DNA of 64,000 bases from an uncultured delta proteobacterium (GTDB lineage: Bacteria > Myxococcota > B64-G9), in the NCBI GenBank assembly GCA_963754925.1, contig CAVWHX010000004.1:1024001-1088000 (forward strand), given 5' to 3'. Positions within the stretch are counted from its first letter, which is position 1; each line of letters begins with the position of its first letter. This document shows, one piece after another, positions 17,708 to 30,256 of the stretch. The position numbers were made by a program, and so were the translations under genes. The notes beneath the pieces were generated by a model. The model searched no databases. It was given only the letters and a program-made list of their open reading frames with translations, and was not told the DNA's origin.

Positions 17708-18370
17708 CTATTTTTTCTTAGACGCTTCAATCTGCGCTGCGACCTCGGTCGCCAGGTCAATCTTCTTTTTTTCGATGCCTTCGCCGAGAACAAATCTGGC
17801 AAAACGCCGAATAGTAATATTCTCCCCTGTTGTTGCCACGAGTTTTTTACGCAATTCGTCGATGGTCTTGGCCGGTTCCTTGTTCCATGGTTGCATCAGC
17901 AAACAAATCTCGGAGTAAAGCTTAGATATTTTACCATCGACGATTTTATCGGCTATCTTCTCTGGTTTGCCTGAATCAACCACTTGCTTCCGGAAAATTG
18001 CGCGTTCCTGGGCAAGCCGCTCTTCCGGAATGTCCTCTGGCCTCACGAACTCGGGGTTACTGGCGCAGACTTGCAAAGCGATTTCATGGCAGAAATTCTG
18101 AAATTCCTCGCCCTTGGCGACAAAGTCAGTCTCACAGTTGATCTCAACCAATACTCCTATTTTGCCGCCCATATGCAGATAGGATTCAACCTTGCCCTCT
18201 GCAGCCACGCGACCGGTCTTTTTACCGGCCGAGGCCAGGCCTTTCTCGCGCAAGTACACTATGGCTTTTTCGAAGTCTCCGCCTGTTTCTTGAAGGGCGC
18301 GTTTACAATCCATCATTCCGGCCCCGGTTTTTTGGCGTAGCTCGTTTACTGTTTTTGCGTTGATTTCCAT
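17708..18370 (-). CDS. tsf: translation elongation factor Ts (short form)
   Basis: ELRQKTGAGMMDCKRAL, EINCETDFVA, GENITIRRFARF. Confidence 0.97.
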   Translation of the reverse strand: MEINAKTVNELRQKTGAGMMDCKRALQETGGDFEKAIVYLREKGLASAGKKTGRVAAEGKVESYLHMGGKIGVLVEINCETDFVAKGEEFQNFCHEIALQVCASNPEFVRPEDIPEERLAQERAIFRKQVVDSGKPEKIADKIVDGKISKLYSEICLLMQPWNKEPAKTIDELRKKLVATTGENITIRRFARFVLGEGIEKKKIDLATEVAAQIEASKKK

Positions 18371-18424
18371 GTGATGATCCTCGCTATGTACAGATCGCCA
18401 TAACTTCGCATACCTTTGTTGCTT

Positions 18425-18490
18425 CCTCGCCTCGTCACTGCGGCGTACAGTCCGTACGCCTCGTTCCTCGGCATCGTCGCGCCTCGGTCT
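18425..18490. repeat. intergenic palindromic repeat element (CTCGTCACTGCGGCGTAC..GTACGCCTCGTTCCTCG)
   Basis: GGCGTAC-agtcc-GTACGCC hairpin at 18442-18460 in the rpsB-tsf spacer; resembles a repeat I recall from deltaproteobacterial genomes (not verified). Confidence 0.5.
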
Positions 18491-18564
18491 GCTTTGTTCT
18501 GCCGCTCTGTGTGTTCCTGATTCGTGTCGTCATATAGTAGTATAGGTGAATCCGTAAGTTGTGC

Positions 18565-19407
18565 TCAGTTTTCCTCGGTCGTCACGCTATCGTCGGTTGT
18601 CGCTTCGCTCTCGACCCGTCGTTTGCTGACCACTTCCACCTGCGGTCCGCCCTCGCGGCCGTCGCTCGGCTGCGGCGCGGTTTGCTGCTTCTCGGCCTTG
18701 GGTTGCGACACCAGGCGCTCCTCGAACATGCGCGCGCCCTCGATGCAGGCATCGGCGATACGCTCGGTGAACAGCTTGATCGCTCGGATAGCGTCGTCAT
18801 TGCCGGGGATAAGGAAATCGATCCATTCGGGGTCGCAGTTGGTATCAACCACCGCCACCACGGGAATTCCCAAGCGGTGCGCCTCGGCCACCGCGATGTG
18901 CTCCTTTTTGGGGTCCACGACAAAGATTGCGCCGGGGAGCCGAGCCATTTCTTTCAGGCCGGGCAGGTTGCGTTCGAGCTTTTGGGTTTCTCGCTCGATA
19001 AGCAGGATTTCTTTCTTGGTCAGGCGTTCGAAGGAGCCGTCGGTCGCCATCTTAGTGAGGGTTTTGAGTCGCTCGATGCTCTGGCGAATGGTCCGAAAAT
19101 TAGTCAAGGTGCCGCCCAGCCAGCGGTTATGCACATAAAACATCCCGGAGCGTGTTGCTTCTTCGATTACGATACCCTGGGCCTGTTTTTTGGTGCCGAC
19201 AAACAGGAGCTTTTCCCCCTGGGCAACGACATCACGAATGAAATAGAATGCCCGGTCAAACAACTGGGAGGTCTTCTGGAGATCGATCACATGGATACCA
19301 TTGCGAGAGCCGAAGATATACGGCTTCATTTTTGGGTTCCAGCGGCCGGTTTGGTGGCCAAAATGCACCCCGGCCTCAAGCAACGACTTCATAGAGATTA
19401 CACCCAT
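18565..19407 (-). CDS. rpsB: 30S ribosomal protein S2
   Basis: [58 protein letters not shown] before ATG 19407. Confidence 0.97.
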   Translation of the reverse strand: MGVISMKSLLEAGVHFGHQTGRWNPKMKPYIFGSRNGIHVIDLQKTSQLFDRAFYFIRDVVAQGEKLLFVGTKKQAQGIVIEEATRSGMFYVHNRWLGGTLTNFRTIRQSIERLKTLTKMATDGSFERLTKKEILLIERETQKLERNLPGLKEMARLPGAIFVVDPKKEHIAVAEAHRLGIPVVAVVDTNCDPEWIDFLIPGNDDAIRAIKLFTERIADACIEGARMFEERLVSQPKAEKQQTAPQPSDGREGGPQVEVVSKRRVESEATTDDSVTTEEN

Positions 19408-19420
19408 CACATCCTCCTTT

Positions 19421-19500
19421 TGGGTTATTCCGCCACTGGCAGCTTTTTTTCTGGCCCATCTCCCGACGGGAGCACCCGGGGCCAACCGCCAGTGTGTGAA
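19421..19500 (-). ncRNA. rpsB 5' leader (t44 / S2 autoregulatory RNA)
   Basis: Minus strand reads CACACACTGGC...CCGGGTGC...GCCAGTGGCGGAATAACCC immediately upstream of the rpsB RBS. CACTGGC pairs with GCCAGTG, and the CACAC / GGGTGC / TAACCC elements match the t44 pattern. Confidence 0.8.
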
Positions 19501-19881
19501 TTTCTTCAACTCCCCGTAAAAACATAGAAAAGCAAACTCGGGGCAGTTCCGCGGGGTGATTGCTAGCATAAGTTACCGTGATTGGCAAGTAAAATAAGCG
19601 GTTTTGGTTACGTTTGTGTATCTCTTAGGTACAGGAGGGCGAAAGAATCCATTGAAAAAGATGTCAGGGGATTATTCATTGTTGCCCTGCCCTAATAGGA
19701 GTCCCTGGAGCCCCTAGCCCCACCCACACACTTTCAAATCTTTGGGCATACATTTATGGGATCAGGCTTTCTTGTGCATAGCTTCTGTCTCGTTGACAAG
19801 CCATGCGTGGCTCTCATCTTCACGATTCAAGATCCTCATTGGCCCGCGGCTCAGGATTATCCGCAATCCAAGCAGGATAGT

Positions 19882-19910
19882 TGACAGCTAAATGTTATCG
19901 CAGGAAAATC
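19882..19910 (+). promoter_or_regulatory. candidate sigma70 promoter for the AT-rich lipoprotein gene
   Basis: TTGACA-17 nt-GAAAAT about 55 nt upstream of ATG 19966. Confidence 0.4.
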
Positions 19911-19965
19911 GCATCACATAGTAAATGCAAGCTCGAACGAAACCAAAAGCTAAAGGAACTCTATA

Positions 19966-21006
19966 ATGAAAAAGCCATTGGTTCTTATTGGTCTTGGGGT
20001 GTTGATTTTTACCGGTTTCTTCTTTGGATGTGCCACAACTTATCTGACAAAGTATGAGACCCATTTGCTGAATTCTGACCCAAAAACACCACTAAAATTT
20101 AAAGATGATAAATTTGAATTCATTTTTTTCCCTGTACCAAGCGGTGTTAACTTTAAAATCAAAAACCTTACGGATGATCCTGCAATTATAGATTGGGACC
20201 GATCTTATTTTATTGAGCCCAATGGAAATTCATCGAAACTTCTAAATATAGATTTGATCTTTGAAAATGCAGAAACGGCATCTAAGGAAAAATACGAATC
20301 AATTCTGCCACCCGGTGTTGATTTTTGGAGATTCACAACATCCGCATTAAATGTTGCTAAATTTATTAGAGTTGATTCAAGTTATTTTACCTTTGGCAAC
20401 ATGACCTTTTTCGATGCAAATTACACTTATATAAATACATTTTTTAGATATTGGCCTGAATATTCAAAAACTGAAACATACCAACGAATTAAAGATTATG
20501 TCCTGAACAATAACAAAATGGGTGTCGGCTTCAGTATTAAAACAAAAGACACTGAACATTTTTATAGATTTGATTTCAGAATACACAAAGTTTCCGTGTT
20601 TGAAACTGAACCAAAAGACAATCGACCACGAAAGACCAGTTTGTTTAGTATGTCTGATGCAGACAATTGGGATATGGCCAGAGAAGGAGCTATTATAATG
20701 GGTAAAGGTACAGATGCAGCAGGGTATAGAAAGATAATGGTACGGTATGATAATCATTCATATGACAAAATGATTGCGCTGAATTCAGGACAAGAGACAA
20801 ACATAGTCGTTAAAACGTCTCCTGATGGAATACAAGACACTTTGGAACCTATGAATGATAATGAATTCAATAAGCTATCACTTGATAATCATTGGTACTT
20901 TTTAGATAATCGAGGACTTAGATTTAAAATTCTAGAAAAAGAAAAGACAGAAAATATAATAAAACTTAAAGTTAGATGTCTGCGCTGGATTCAGGAGTTA
21001 CCGTAG
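19966..21006 (+). CDS. AT-rich hypothetical lipoprotein
   Basis: 346-aa ORF, AAGGA RBS, signal peptide ending FFGC; visibly more AT-rich than the flanking core genes. Confidence 0.75.
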   Translation: MKKPLVLIGLGVLIFTGFFFGCATTYLTKYETHLLNSDPKTPLKFKDDKFEFIFFPVPSGVNFKIKNLTDDPAIIDWDRSYFIEPNGNSSKLLNIDLIFENAETASKEKYESILPPGVDFWRFTTSALNVAKFIRVDSSYFTFGNMTFFDANYTYINTFFRYWPEYSKTETYQRIKDYVLNNNKMGVGFSIKTKDTEHFYRFDFRIHKVSVFETEPKDNRPRKTSLFSMSDADNWDMAREGAIIMGKGTDAAGYRKIMVRYDNHSYDKMIALNSGQETNIVVKTSPDGIQDTLEPMNDNEFNKLSLDNHWYFLDNRGLRFKILEKEKTENIIKLKVRCLRWIQELP

Positions 21007-21036
21007 AGAACGCCTGCGAACCACTGAAGTGTGAAT

Positions 21037-21160
21037 ATGGGCTTAGTTTATAAGCGGGGATCGAATTGGTGGTTGACATACACAGTCAATGGCCAGCGCT
21101 ACCGCGAACCTGTCGGGGCACCGAAGCGCGACGCGGAATGCGCACTGGCCAAGCGAAGCG
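21037..21160 (+). pseudogene. N-terminal stub of a phage-type tyrosine integrase
   Basis: MGLVYKRGSNWWLTYTVNGQRYREPVG..KRDAECALAKR matches the arm-binding N-terminus of phage integrases; similarity stops at 21160 and no catalytic domain follows. Confidence 0.7.
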
Positions 21161-22185
21161 TTGGGTTGTTGTTCCCACAGAAAGCTTTTAATTATGAAAG
21201 TATAAGATATGACAAAACTCGCGTTTTTCATAGTAGATGTATTTGCCGAGAAAAAATATGCAGGCAATCAACTCGCTGTTTTCCAGAGAGCAGGAGCACT
21301 CTCTCATGATGAAATGCAGAAGATCGCCAGAGAAATAAATTTTTCGGAAACCACGTTTATCCTTTCAGACTGTCAAAGTAATGGCGGATTTGACGTGCGC
21401 ATATTTACGCCAAAAGAAGAGGTCTCCTTTGCAGGCCATCCAACATTGGGCACAGCACACATTATCCGAAACGAGATTCTTCAGGGGAATGCAGAAAAGA
21501 TAGTTCTGAATTTGAAGGTGGGTCAAATTCCCGTTACCTTTAGCCCCGATGGTTATTGCTGGATGGAGCAAATAGAACCAGTCTTTGGTCAAGAGCATAA
21601 ACAAGAGATTCTGGCCAAAGTTCTGGGCTTAGATGTTTATGATATCGACGAACGTTTTCCAATTCAGGAAGTGTCAACGGGATTACCGATTTTCATCGTG
21701 CCGCTGAAAACCATAACGGCATTAAAAAATGCAAGAATTGACAGGCAGAGGTATTTTGATTTGATAAAGGATACTGAGGCAAAGTTGATTTTGGTTTTTT
21801 GCCCGGAAACCCATGAATCACAAAATGATATCAGTGTGCGGGTTTTTGGCGATTTTTACGGTATTCCAGAAGATCCGGCAACCGGTAGCGGGAACGGATG
21901 TCTGGCCGGTTATTTGGTTAAATACCGCTATTTCAGACAAGATAGTATTAACATTCGCTGTGAACAAGGTTACGAAATCGGCAGGCCGTCTCTGTTGCTC
22001 TTGAAGGCCGAACAAAGAGAATCAAAGATAACTATCTCTGTCGGTGGCAAAAGCACAGTCGTTGCGCGAGGTGAATTCGTTTGATTGTGGAACGCTCTAC
22101 TTCAGAAAGCAGCCCAACAATGGCATCTAAGCTGACGCGAGCGGAATATGCAGCAGTTTGTGTTCCTGCATTTAGCCAAAGATTC
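21160..22185 (+). mobile_element. integron-type gene cassette carrying phzF; attC truncated
   Basis: Begins G/TTGGGTTGTT (GTTRRRY) at 21160; after the gene comes R'' GCCCAAC (22112-22118) whose flank AGCAGCCCAAC complements the cassette start at 9/11 positions; the right half of attC was not found. Confidence 0.6.
21209..22084 (+). CDS. PhzF-family phenazine biosynthesis-like isomerase
   Basis: VDVFAEKKYAGNQLAV, EINFSETTF, FAGHPTLG, EDPATGSGNG, EQGYEIGRPS. Confidence 0.93.
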   Translation: MTKLAFFIVDVFAEKKYAGNQLAVFQRAGALSHDEMQKIAREINFSETTFILSDCQSNGGFDVRIFTPKEEVSFAGHPTLGTAHIIRNEILQGNAEKIVLNLKVGQIPVTFSPDGYCWMEQIEPVFGQEHKQEILAKVLGLDVYDIDERFPIQEVSTGLPIFIVPLKTITALKNARIDRQRYFDLIKDTEAKLILVFCPETHESQNDISVRVFGDFYGIPEDPATGSGNGCLAGYLVKYRYFRQDSINIRCEQGYEIGRPSLLLLKAEQRESKITISVGGKSTVVARGEFV

Positions 22186-22255
22186 CTATGCCCCGGCATC
22201 CTTAAGTAATTGGCAATTCTTGTAGTTCCTGCCCGAGCCGCAGGGGCACGGATCG
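22186..22255 (-). pseudogene. diverged duplicate of the secA 3' end (SEC-C motif plus stop)
   Basis: Translates [22 protein letters not shown] versus sec[23 protein letters not shown]; 59/70 nt identical to 23839-23908. Confidence 0.85.
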
Positions 22256-22314
22256 GCCTGGCGGGCGGCGCAGCCCTTGTATGGGTGATAAGTGTGATAA
22301 AATAAACGACGGGG

Positions 22315-23061
22315 ATGACCTTGACGGGATCCACTTCGCTACAGGCCGATCAACTCGCCCAGCGCGTCGCGGGCATTCTCGATTCGAACGTACGGATTAC
22401 ATACGTCCGTCATCTGCTTCAGAAGATGGATGTGGTGCAGGTGGCAGACCTCATCACGACTACAAAGGTCAATGCAGAAAAGAAAAACCCCTTATACTCA
22501 GATCTACTTCTATACGTTTTTTTAGCTCTCTCCGACGAATCCTGCGAACGGCTCAAGCACGCAGTCGCGGCCCTATTGCATTCTCGCGACCAGCACGCTT
22601 TATCGAAAATGCTCTTACAATCTCCTGACGATATTGATCGCCAGGGCATACGCGTACCAGACTTTGGGCTCGGGCGACAAGTGACACTCGGTGAGCGAAA
22701 AGCCTTTGCAAGGAAAAGCGCAAGGGAGACGATTGCTCGCGCGCTTCGAGATCCAAATGTTTCGGTGATTCGAATATTGTTGGACAATCCAGCGCTCACC
22801 GAACTCGACGTCGTCCGCATATGCGCGCGTCGTTTGATTCTTCCGGAAATCCTGCGCGAGGTCTTTCGAAGCTGGCGCTGGATCGTGCGGAACAGCGTAA
22901 AAATGGCGATTGTTCTAAACCCGAATACGCCCCTCGATATTTCCCTTCAACTCCTTCCCCAATTGACATCACCGGATCTTCGCCGAGTCATCACAACCCC
23001 GAATCTTCCTCAAGAGCTTTACGAATCCTGTCAACGGTTGTTGCCGCGAACGCCCAAGTAA
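22315..23061 (+). CDS. hypothetical protein with helical leucine-rich-repeat-variant-like C-terminus
   Basis: 248-aa ORF; VTLGERKAFAR, DPNVSVIRILLDNPALTE, IVLNPNTPLDISL motifs. Confidence 0.7.
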   Translation: MTLTGSTSLQADQLAQRVAGILDSNVRITYVRHLLQKMDVVQVADLITTTKVNAEKKNPLYSDLLLYVFLALSDESCERLKHAVAALLHSRDQHALSKMLLQSPDDIDRQGIRVPDFGLGRQVTLGERKAFARKSARETIARALRDPNVSVIRILLDNPALTELDVVRICARRLILPEILREVFRSWRWIVRNSVKMAIVLNPNTPLDISLQLLPQLTSPDLRRVITTPNLPQELYESCQRLLPRTPK

Positions 23062-23087
23062 ACAGCCACGTTCACGAAGCATAAGGG

Positions 23088-23115
23088 TTGACTCAGGACC
23101 AGATAAGTGTATACT
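23088..23115 (+). promoter_or_regulatory. sigma70 promoter of the toxin-antitoxin operon
   Basis: TTGACT-16 nt-TATACT, followed by an AAGGAG RBS and ATG 23151. Confidence 0.6.
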
Positions 23116-23150
23116 ACAAGTAGGCACATTGATTTTGTGAAGGAGTCCCT

Positions 23151-23399
23151 ATGGAAGTAACCGCAAAAGAATTACGGGGGAAACCCGGCCAAATCATAGA
23201 ACAAGCAGCCCGCGGAACCGAGGTTGTAATAACCATACGCGGGAAGAAAAAAGCTAAGCTCATTCCTTATAAGAACAAGAGCGAGAGGAAGGATACCCAC
23301 GATAAGGAGGATAAGATATTTGGATTATGGGAAGATCGTAGAGATTTAGAATCGGTGGAGGGGTATGTTCGTTTGAAAAGAAGAAGGAGATCGTTTTGA
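23151..23399 (+). CDS. Phd/YefM-family antitoxin
   Basis: MEVTAKELRGKPGQII....GTEVVITIRGKKKAKLIP and C-terminal FGLWEDR; overlaps the toxin start. Confidence 0.9.
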   Translation: MEVTAKELRGKPGQIIEQAARGTEVVITIRGKKKAKLIPYKNKSERKDTHDKEDKIFGLWEDRRDLESVEGYVRLKRRRRSF

Positions 23400-23773
23400 T
23401 CATTGACACGGACGTACTCATTTGGGAATTGCGTGGTAACGCCAAAGCCCAAAAAACAATCCATGAGAATATTCCATTTAGTATTTCGGTTGTTACCTAT
23501 ATGGAAATTGTGCAAGGAATGAGAAACAAAAGCGAACTTAGTAGCTTTATCAAGCAATTAACCAAGTGGGACGTGAATATCATACAAATCAGTAAGGATA
23601 TTTCTACCCGCGCCATGATTTATGTTGAAGAGTGTTTCTTGAGCGCTTCCATGGAACTTGCGGATGCGTTGATTGCAGCGACGTGTGTAAATAACTCAGA
23701 AATATTACTGACGGCGAACGAAAAGCATTACCGGCATATCCCCACTATACAATTGAAAAAATTTAATCCGTGA
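23396..23773 (+). CDS. vapC: VapC / PIN-domain toxin
   Basis: IIDTDVLI, SVVTYMEIVQG, LADALIAAT, LLTANEKHY. Confidence 0.9.
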   Translation: MIIDTDVLIWELRGNAKAQKTIHENIPFSISVVTYMEIVQGMRNKSELSSFIKQLTKWDVNIIQISKDISTRAMIYVEECFLSASMELADALIAATCVNNSEILLTANEKHYRHIPTIQLKKFNP

Positions 23774-23775
23774 TC

Positions 23776-23838
23776 AGCTAACAATCGCTTCGACCGGTGA
23801 CTCGGGCCATGAGTGCCCTTGCTGATTAAGCGTATGTT

Positions 23839-23842
<4 letters not shown>
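23776..23842 (+). mobile_element. integron attC recombination site (67 bp)
   Basis: R'' AGCTAAC, 5-nt spacer, L'' CTT(C)GACC with an extra C, central region, L' GATTAAG, 5-nt spacer, R' GTTCTAC; starts 2 nt after the vapC stop. Confidence 0.72.
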
Positions 23843-26574
<2,732 letters not shown>

Positions 26575-26684
26575 GGCCTCAGCCTCCGCTGCTATAAACG
26601 GTTGGGCAGTTTAGCACCACCAGGTGGTTGAATAAAGAAAAAACCCTTTTAGCAGATGAGAGGTTGGCAACCACTACGTTCAAA

Positions 26685-27728
26685 TCAGAGCGTAGCCGAC
26701 TCATTATTTTTGCTCAGCCCGGCGGGAATGCCCGATTCGCAGGGCACGCCGGTTGAGCACAGGCCGCATCCATAAATAAAGAGATGGTATTTGGCGTTGC
26801 AGTAGTTAATTGATTTCGCAATCCGCTGGTAGCATGCCTCCTTATCATGTGCGCGCTCCCGCGATATCGCGTCGACCGGACACCTCTTCAGGCACTTGAG
26901 GCATTCTTTCCCCTGGTACTGAAGGCAGAAGGCGTGTATATCTTCCGGCCTTTTGCGGTTCGGTCTAAGCCGGAGGTTTACCACGAAACTCCCGCACCGG
27001 TGCGCCGCCCCCTTTTCAGTGATGAGGAAGTCATGCATGCCGAACGTTCCGAGGCCGGCCGCGTAGGCCATGTGTCGATGGGACCAGGGCGATGCCCAGC
27101 CCACGTCGGGATACCGCTTTTTTCTAAATAACGGCGTGACATCCGCCGATACGGCCAGCACACCCCGGTCCATCAAGGTGGTGACCAGCTCTCGAACGAT
27201 GATCTGGCTGAATATCTCCCCGTTGAGCCTGGTCTGCGCCCATCGCTCTGATGGCCATTCAATCTGCTTTGCGTTCTCCTGTTTTGTCCTGCGGGTTATC
27301 GGCAATATAAATGAAACAACCGATAGATCCTTCGCTGCGGGAGGAGGCACGTGGTTGTTCTCCGCTTGCCAAGCCATGATCTCATAGGGAGTGTAATGAT
27401 GCGGACCGATAATTCGTTTATATTCGGCGAGCAGGGAATCATCACCATTGATGAATCCTACCAGCGGCTCATCGTATATTTTCTCTCCGCTAAAGGGATA
27501 TTCCATGCTGTTTTCGTGATGGGTGGCCACCTTGTCCGTAATTGTTTTGATAAACCATGCTTCATTTATGGCGGTCTCGGATGCCGCGGAAGCTGAATTC
27601 ATGTTCAATATCGGCTGCTTCGGATGTCCCAAGCCGCGCATTTCGCCAAGCGCGTTCATGATGCCGCCGACGTCACTCAGCATGGATAATTTTCTATACC
27701 TGCTTTTCATTTTTTTGTGTTTCATCAT
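26685..27728 (-). CDS. QueG-like (epoxyqueuosine reductase / reductive dehalogenase fold) 4Fe-4S protein
   Basis: SPWSHRHMAYAAGLGTFG, CLKCLKRCP, HDKEAC, GCGLCSTGVPC; start codon uncertain. Confidence 0.8.
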   Translation of the reverse strand: MMKHKKMKSRYRKLSMLSDVGGIMNALGEMRGLGHPKQPILNMNSASAASETAINEAWFIKTITDKVATHHENSMEYPFSGEKIYDEPLVGFINGDDSLLAEYKRIIGPHHYTPYEIMAWQAENNHVPPPAAKDLSVVSFILPITRRTKQENAKQIEWPSERWAQTRLNGEIFSQIIVRELVTTLMDRGVLAVSADVTPLFRKKRYPDVGWASPWSHRHMAYAAGLGTFGMHDFLITEKGAAHRCGSFVVNLRLRPNRKRPEDIHAFCLQYQGKECLKCLKRCPVDAISRERAHDKEACYQRIAKSINYCNAKYHLFIYGCGLCSTGVPCESGIPAGLSKNNESATL

Positions 27729-27887
27729 CGAGCCTTCCGTATAATTTCGACGGGTTGCTAAAACTATACTACTTGTATCCCTATTAAAGACATAATCATA
27801 TCGTGAGATAATTCGCGACCAAAATTGGGCAGGTTCTGCGCGCGCCAGATTTATGTCGTAATGGTTAAAATGTGCAGCGCGGGGAGA

Positions 27888-28931
27888 CTACGTTGGCATC
27901 AGAAAGGAGAAATTATTGAGCACGGTGCAGAAGTTCTGGAGCGAGCGATCCAGGACACAGAATCGGCCGCTGCACGTATCACCGGCGGTAACGTCGCTGC
28001 AATCAGTATCGGTCGCGCATGTCAGCTTATTATTTATTTGGCATACACCAACTTGGCAAGAATAGTTTGTTACGCATGGGGTGCTGTTGGTGCAAGGCTG
28101 ACCCGCTGCTACGGGTGCTTTACACGACCCAGGGTTACCACCCGTTGTCGCAAGTGAGCACACTCCGGTTGCAGGTGGCACACAATACAAATCTGTCGCG
28201 CATTCGTTGGTGTTACAACACGGTGCATTCTCAGCTTTCAGAGCGGCGCAAGCACAACCGGGCGCCACAAAACTACATACCGGACCGGTAGAAGTTGTAG
28301 CTGTTGATGCACAATACAAATTTTCCTTGCAATCATTGAGAGAATAATAATAACAAGTCTCGCCACTGCCAATCTTAGAAATACATTTACCGGCACTGCC
28401 GTCAACAGTTCCCTCGCACGTCGTATCCGTGACGCACTCAAATGAATTAAAGCAATCTCCGCCCGCCGCAACCTGCCCTTGAAGCGCAACTGCACAGTTG
28501 GTAGTGATATTCAGTTCGAGACTGTTGTCGGTCGGCTCGATGAAGCAGCTATTGGTATCGGGCAAGATCAATCCATCGAGACACTTCGCAGCCGACGTGC
28601 TGTTGATAGACGCCCTGTTGTTGTTAACGGCATCGAGAATCGGCGCAAGATTGTTTTCACATTGCAACTTCATGTCATCTTGGCATTTGCCCTCCGTTGT
28701 CGTTAGGGTCTGGCCCAAAATAGTTTCTATCTCCTTTCCCGTACAACAGTTCCACATGTTGTAGCAGACGGCCTGTGCATACTCCTCGCACAGGTTTGCG
28801 GCGGTGATTTTCTGCGGGTTGGGTTTTCCGCCGGAACTCGAGCTCGAGCAGCCAGCGCCCAATAGTGCAACAACGGCAATCACTGCCCCCCAACGTACAA
28901 GACTTTCTGTCGCAGCGCTTGATACTTTCAT
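27888..28931 (-). CDS. cysteine-rich lipoprotein, myxobacterial type
   Basis: AAGGAGGA RBS before ATG 28931, lipobox LGAGC, many Cys-rich modules (G..C....EC....C). Confidence 0.8.
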   Translation of the reverse strand: MKVSSAATESLVRWGAVIAVVALLGAGCSSSSSGGKPNPQKITAANLCEEYAQAVCYNMWNCCTGKEIETILGQTLTTTEGKCQDDMKLQCENNLAPILDAVNNNRASINSTSAAKCLDGLILPDTNSCFIEPTDNSLELNITTNCAVALQGQVAAGGDCFNSFECVTDTTCEGTVDGSAGKCISKIGSGETCYYYSLNDCKENLYCASTATTSTGPVCSFVAPGCACAALKAENAPCCNTNECATDLYCVPPATGVCSLATTGGNPGSCKAPVAAGQPCTNSTPCVTNYSCQVGVCQINNKLTCATDTDCSDVTAGDTCSGRFCVLDRSLQNFCTVLNNFSFLMPT

Positions 28932-29112
28932 TTCCTTTCCTCCTTGTGAATCGGGTGTTATCGGCGTCACTATGACGCAACCGACCCGAGCGATTTTTAC
29001 GGACATTCAACGAGACTATTTTATTATTCAATTAAAAAAGCAAGAAAAATAGATGGAATGGGGCGGACACAACATCACGACAGGGATTTGGGACAAATTG
29101 CGGGAAATCATC

Positions 29113-30048
29113 TCAATCTTCGAGGATGTAGTTTTTCGGATCCTCGCATAGACTATTGACTTCGACTTCGTAGTGCAGGTGTGGGCCGGTGCTGCGACCG
29201 GAGTTGCCTATCTTGCCGATGACCTCGCCGCGCTCAACACGATCACCGAGCCTGACTTGGGACTCATTCAGGTGGCCGTAACGGGTGCGCAGCCCAAATC
29301 CATGGTCGATCACAACCTCGAGCCCGTAACCGCCGCTGTTGCCACAGAAAGAAACCACCCCGTTTGCCGTGGCGATTACCGGAGCGCCTGGTTGGTTGGC
29401 GATGTCGATTCCCGAATGCATGGTGGGCTTGCCGGTATAGGGATCAATACGGACGCCGAAACCTGACGTAAGCCAGCCGCGCGCCGGCCAGATCGACGGG
29501 GTTGACGATAACCGGGTCTTCTGGCCGACCATGAAGGTTTCAAGTTGGCGCAGGTTGCCTTCGAGCTTCTCGGCCTGCTTGGAAATATCATCCAGATGTT
29601 GGCCCAAAAGCGCTATTGAACGCTGTGGATTCTCGCCGATTGCCTTTACCAGCGGATCGACCGATCCGATCTCTTCTGGTCCGTCTTGGGAACCACGAAT
29701 GTCGAACGGACCGAGCGCCAGGTGGCGCTTGGGGTCGTGGAGCTGGGTGATCGCGCGCAGTTTGGTGTCGAAGCGCTGTACCCGGTCCACGAGATTCTGA
29801 ACACTGGCAACTTTCTCATTTACTTGAACTAATTGCTTCTTGAGTTCGGTATTTTGTTGGCGGAGGATAATGTTTTCTTTAATTTGATCGGATACATAGT
29901 AGTAACGAACTGATCCAACCGCGAATATAATAAAAAATACAATTAGAAGTGATACGGCCCCCCAAAGACTTGACTCTGCAACGCGTAAGCGCCGAACGCT
30001 CGAGGAACGGTCCGGCACGATCATAACCGTATATTTCTTACGCATCAC
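29113..30048 (-). CDS. M23 family peptidoglycan endopeptidase with N-terminal TM helix and coiled coil
   Basis: TPSIWPARGWLTSGFG.R, HSGIDIA, TRYGHL, GRSTGPHLHYEV. Confidence 0.93.
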   Translation of the reverse strand: MMRKKYTVMIVPDRSSSVRRLRVAESSLWGAVSLLIVFFIIFAVGSVRYYYVSDQIKENIILRQQNTELKKQLVQVNEKVASVQNLVDRVQRFDTKLRAITQLHDPKRHLALGPFDIRGSQDGPEEIGSVDPLVKAIGENPQRSIALLGQHLDDISKQAEKLEGNLRQLETFMVGQKTRLSSTPSIWPARGWLTSGFGVRIDPYTGKPTMHSGIDIANQPGAPVIATANGVVSFCGNSGGYGLEVVIDHGFGLRTRYGHLNESQVRLGDRVERGEVIGKIGNSGRSTGPHLHYEVEVNSLCEDPKNYILED

Positions 30049-30256
30049 CCGTCCGTGGACTCCACGTACTGCCCGATCGCGAGAGCCAATAAAGTTAGGT
30101 TACCGAATGTGGCAAATCAAACCTTTACCTGTCAACAGTTATTTTTGCCGCTCAAAGCTTTTTCGAAACTGTTTCCCACCTGCTGAGATTATACCACGTA
30201 TAGTATCGGCATGCCAAAATTGTTCTAAAGCTCGTTCGAGCATATTTATTAAAATG

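Noticed and set aside
18559..19569. 322-aa plus-strand ORF and the 54-aa N-terminal extension of RpsB
   Set aside because: Antisense shadow of rpsB; the extension covers the t44 leader, and the RBS supports ATG 19407.
19600..19960. Possible tRNA or att site at the left edge of the accessory region
   Set aside because: No cloverleaf, T-loop motif or direct repeat could be identified.
21031..21309. 92-aa ORF as a real gene or integron integrase
   Set aside because: Only the first ~40 residues are integrase-like (phage arm-binding type); the rest reads through cassette DNA and has no catalytic residues.
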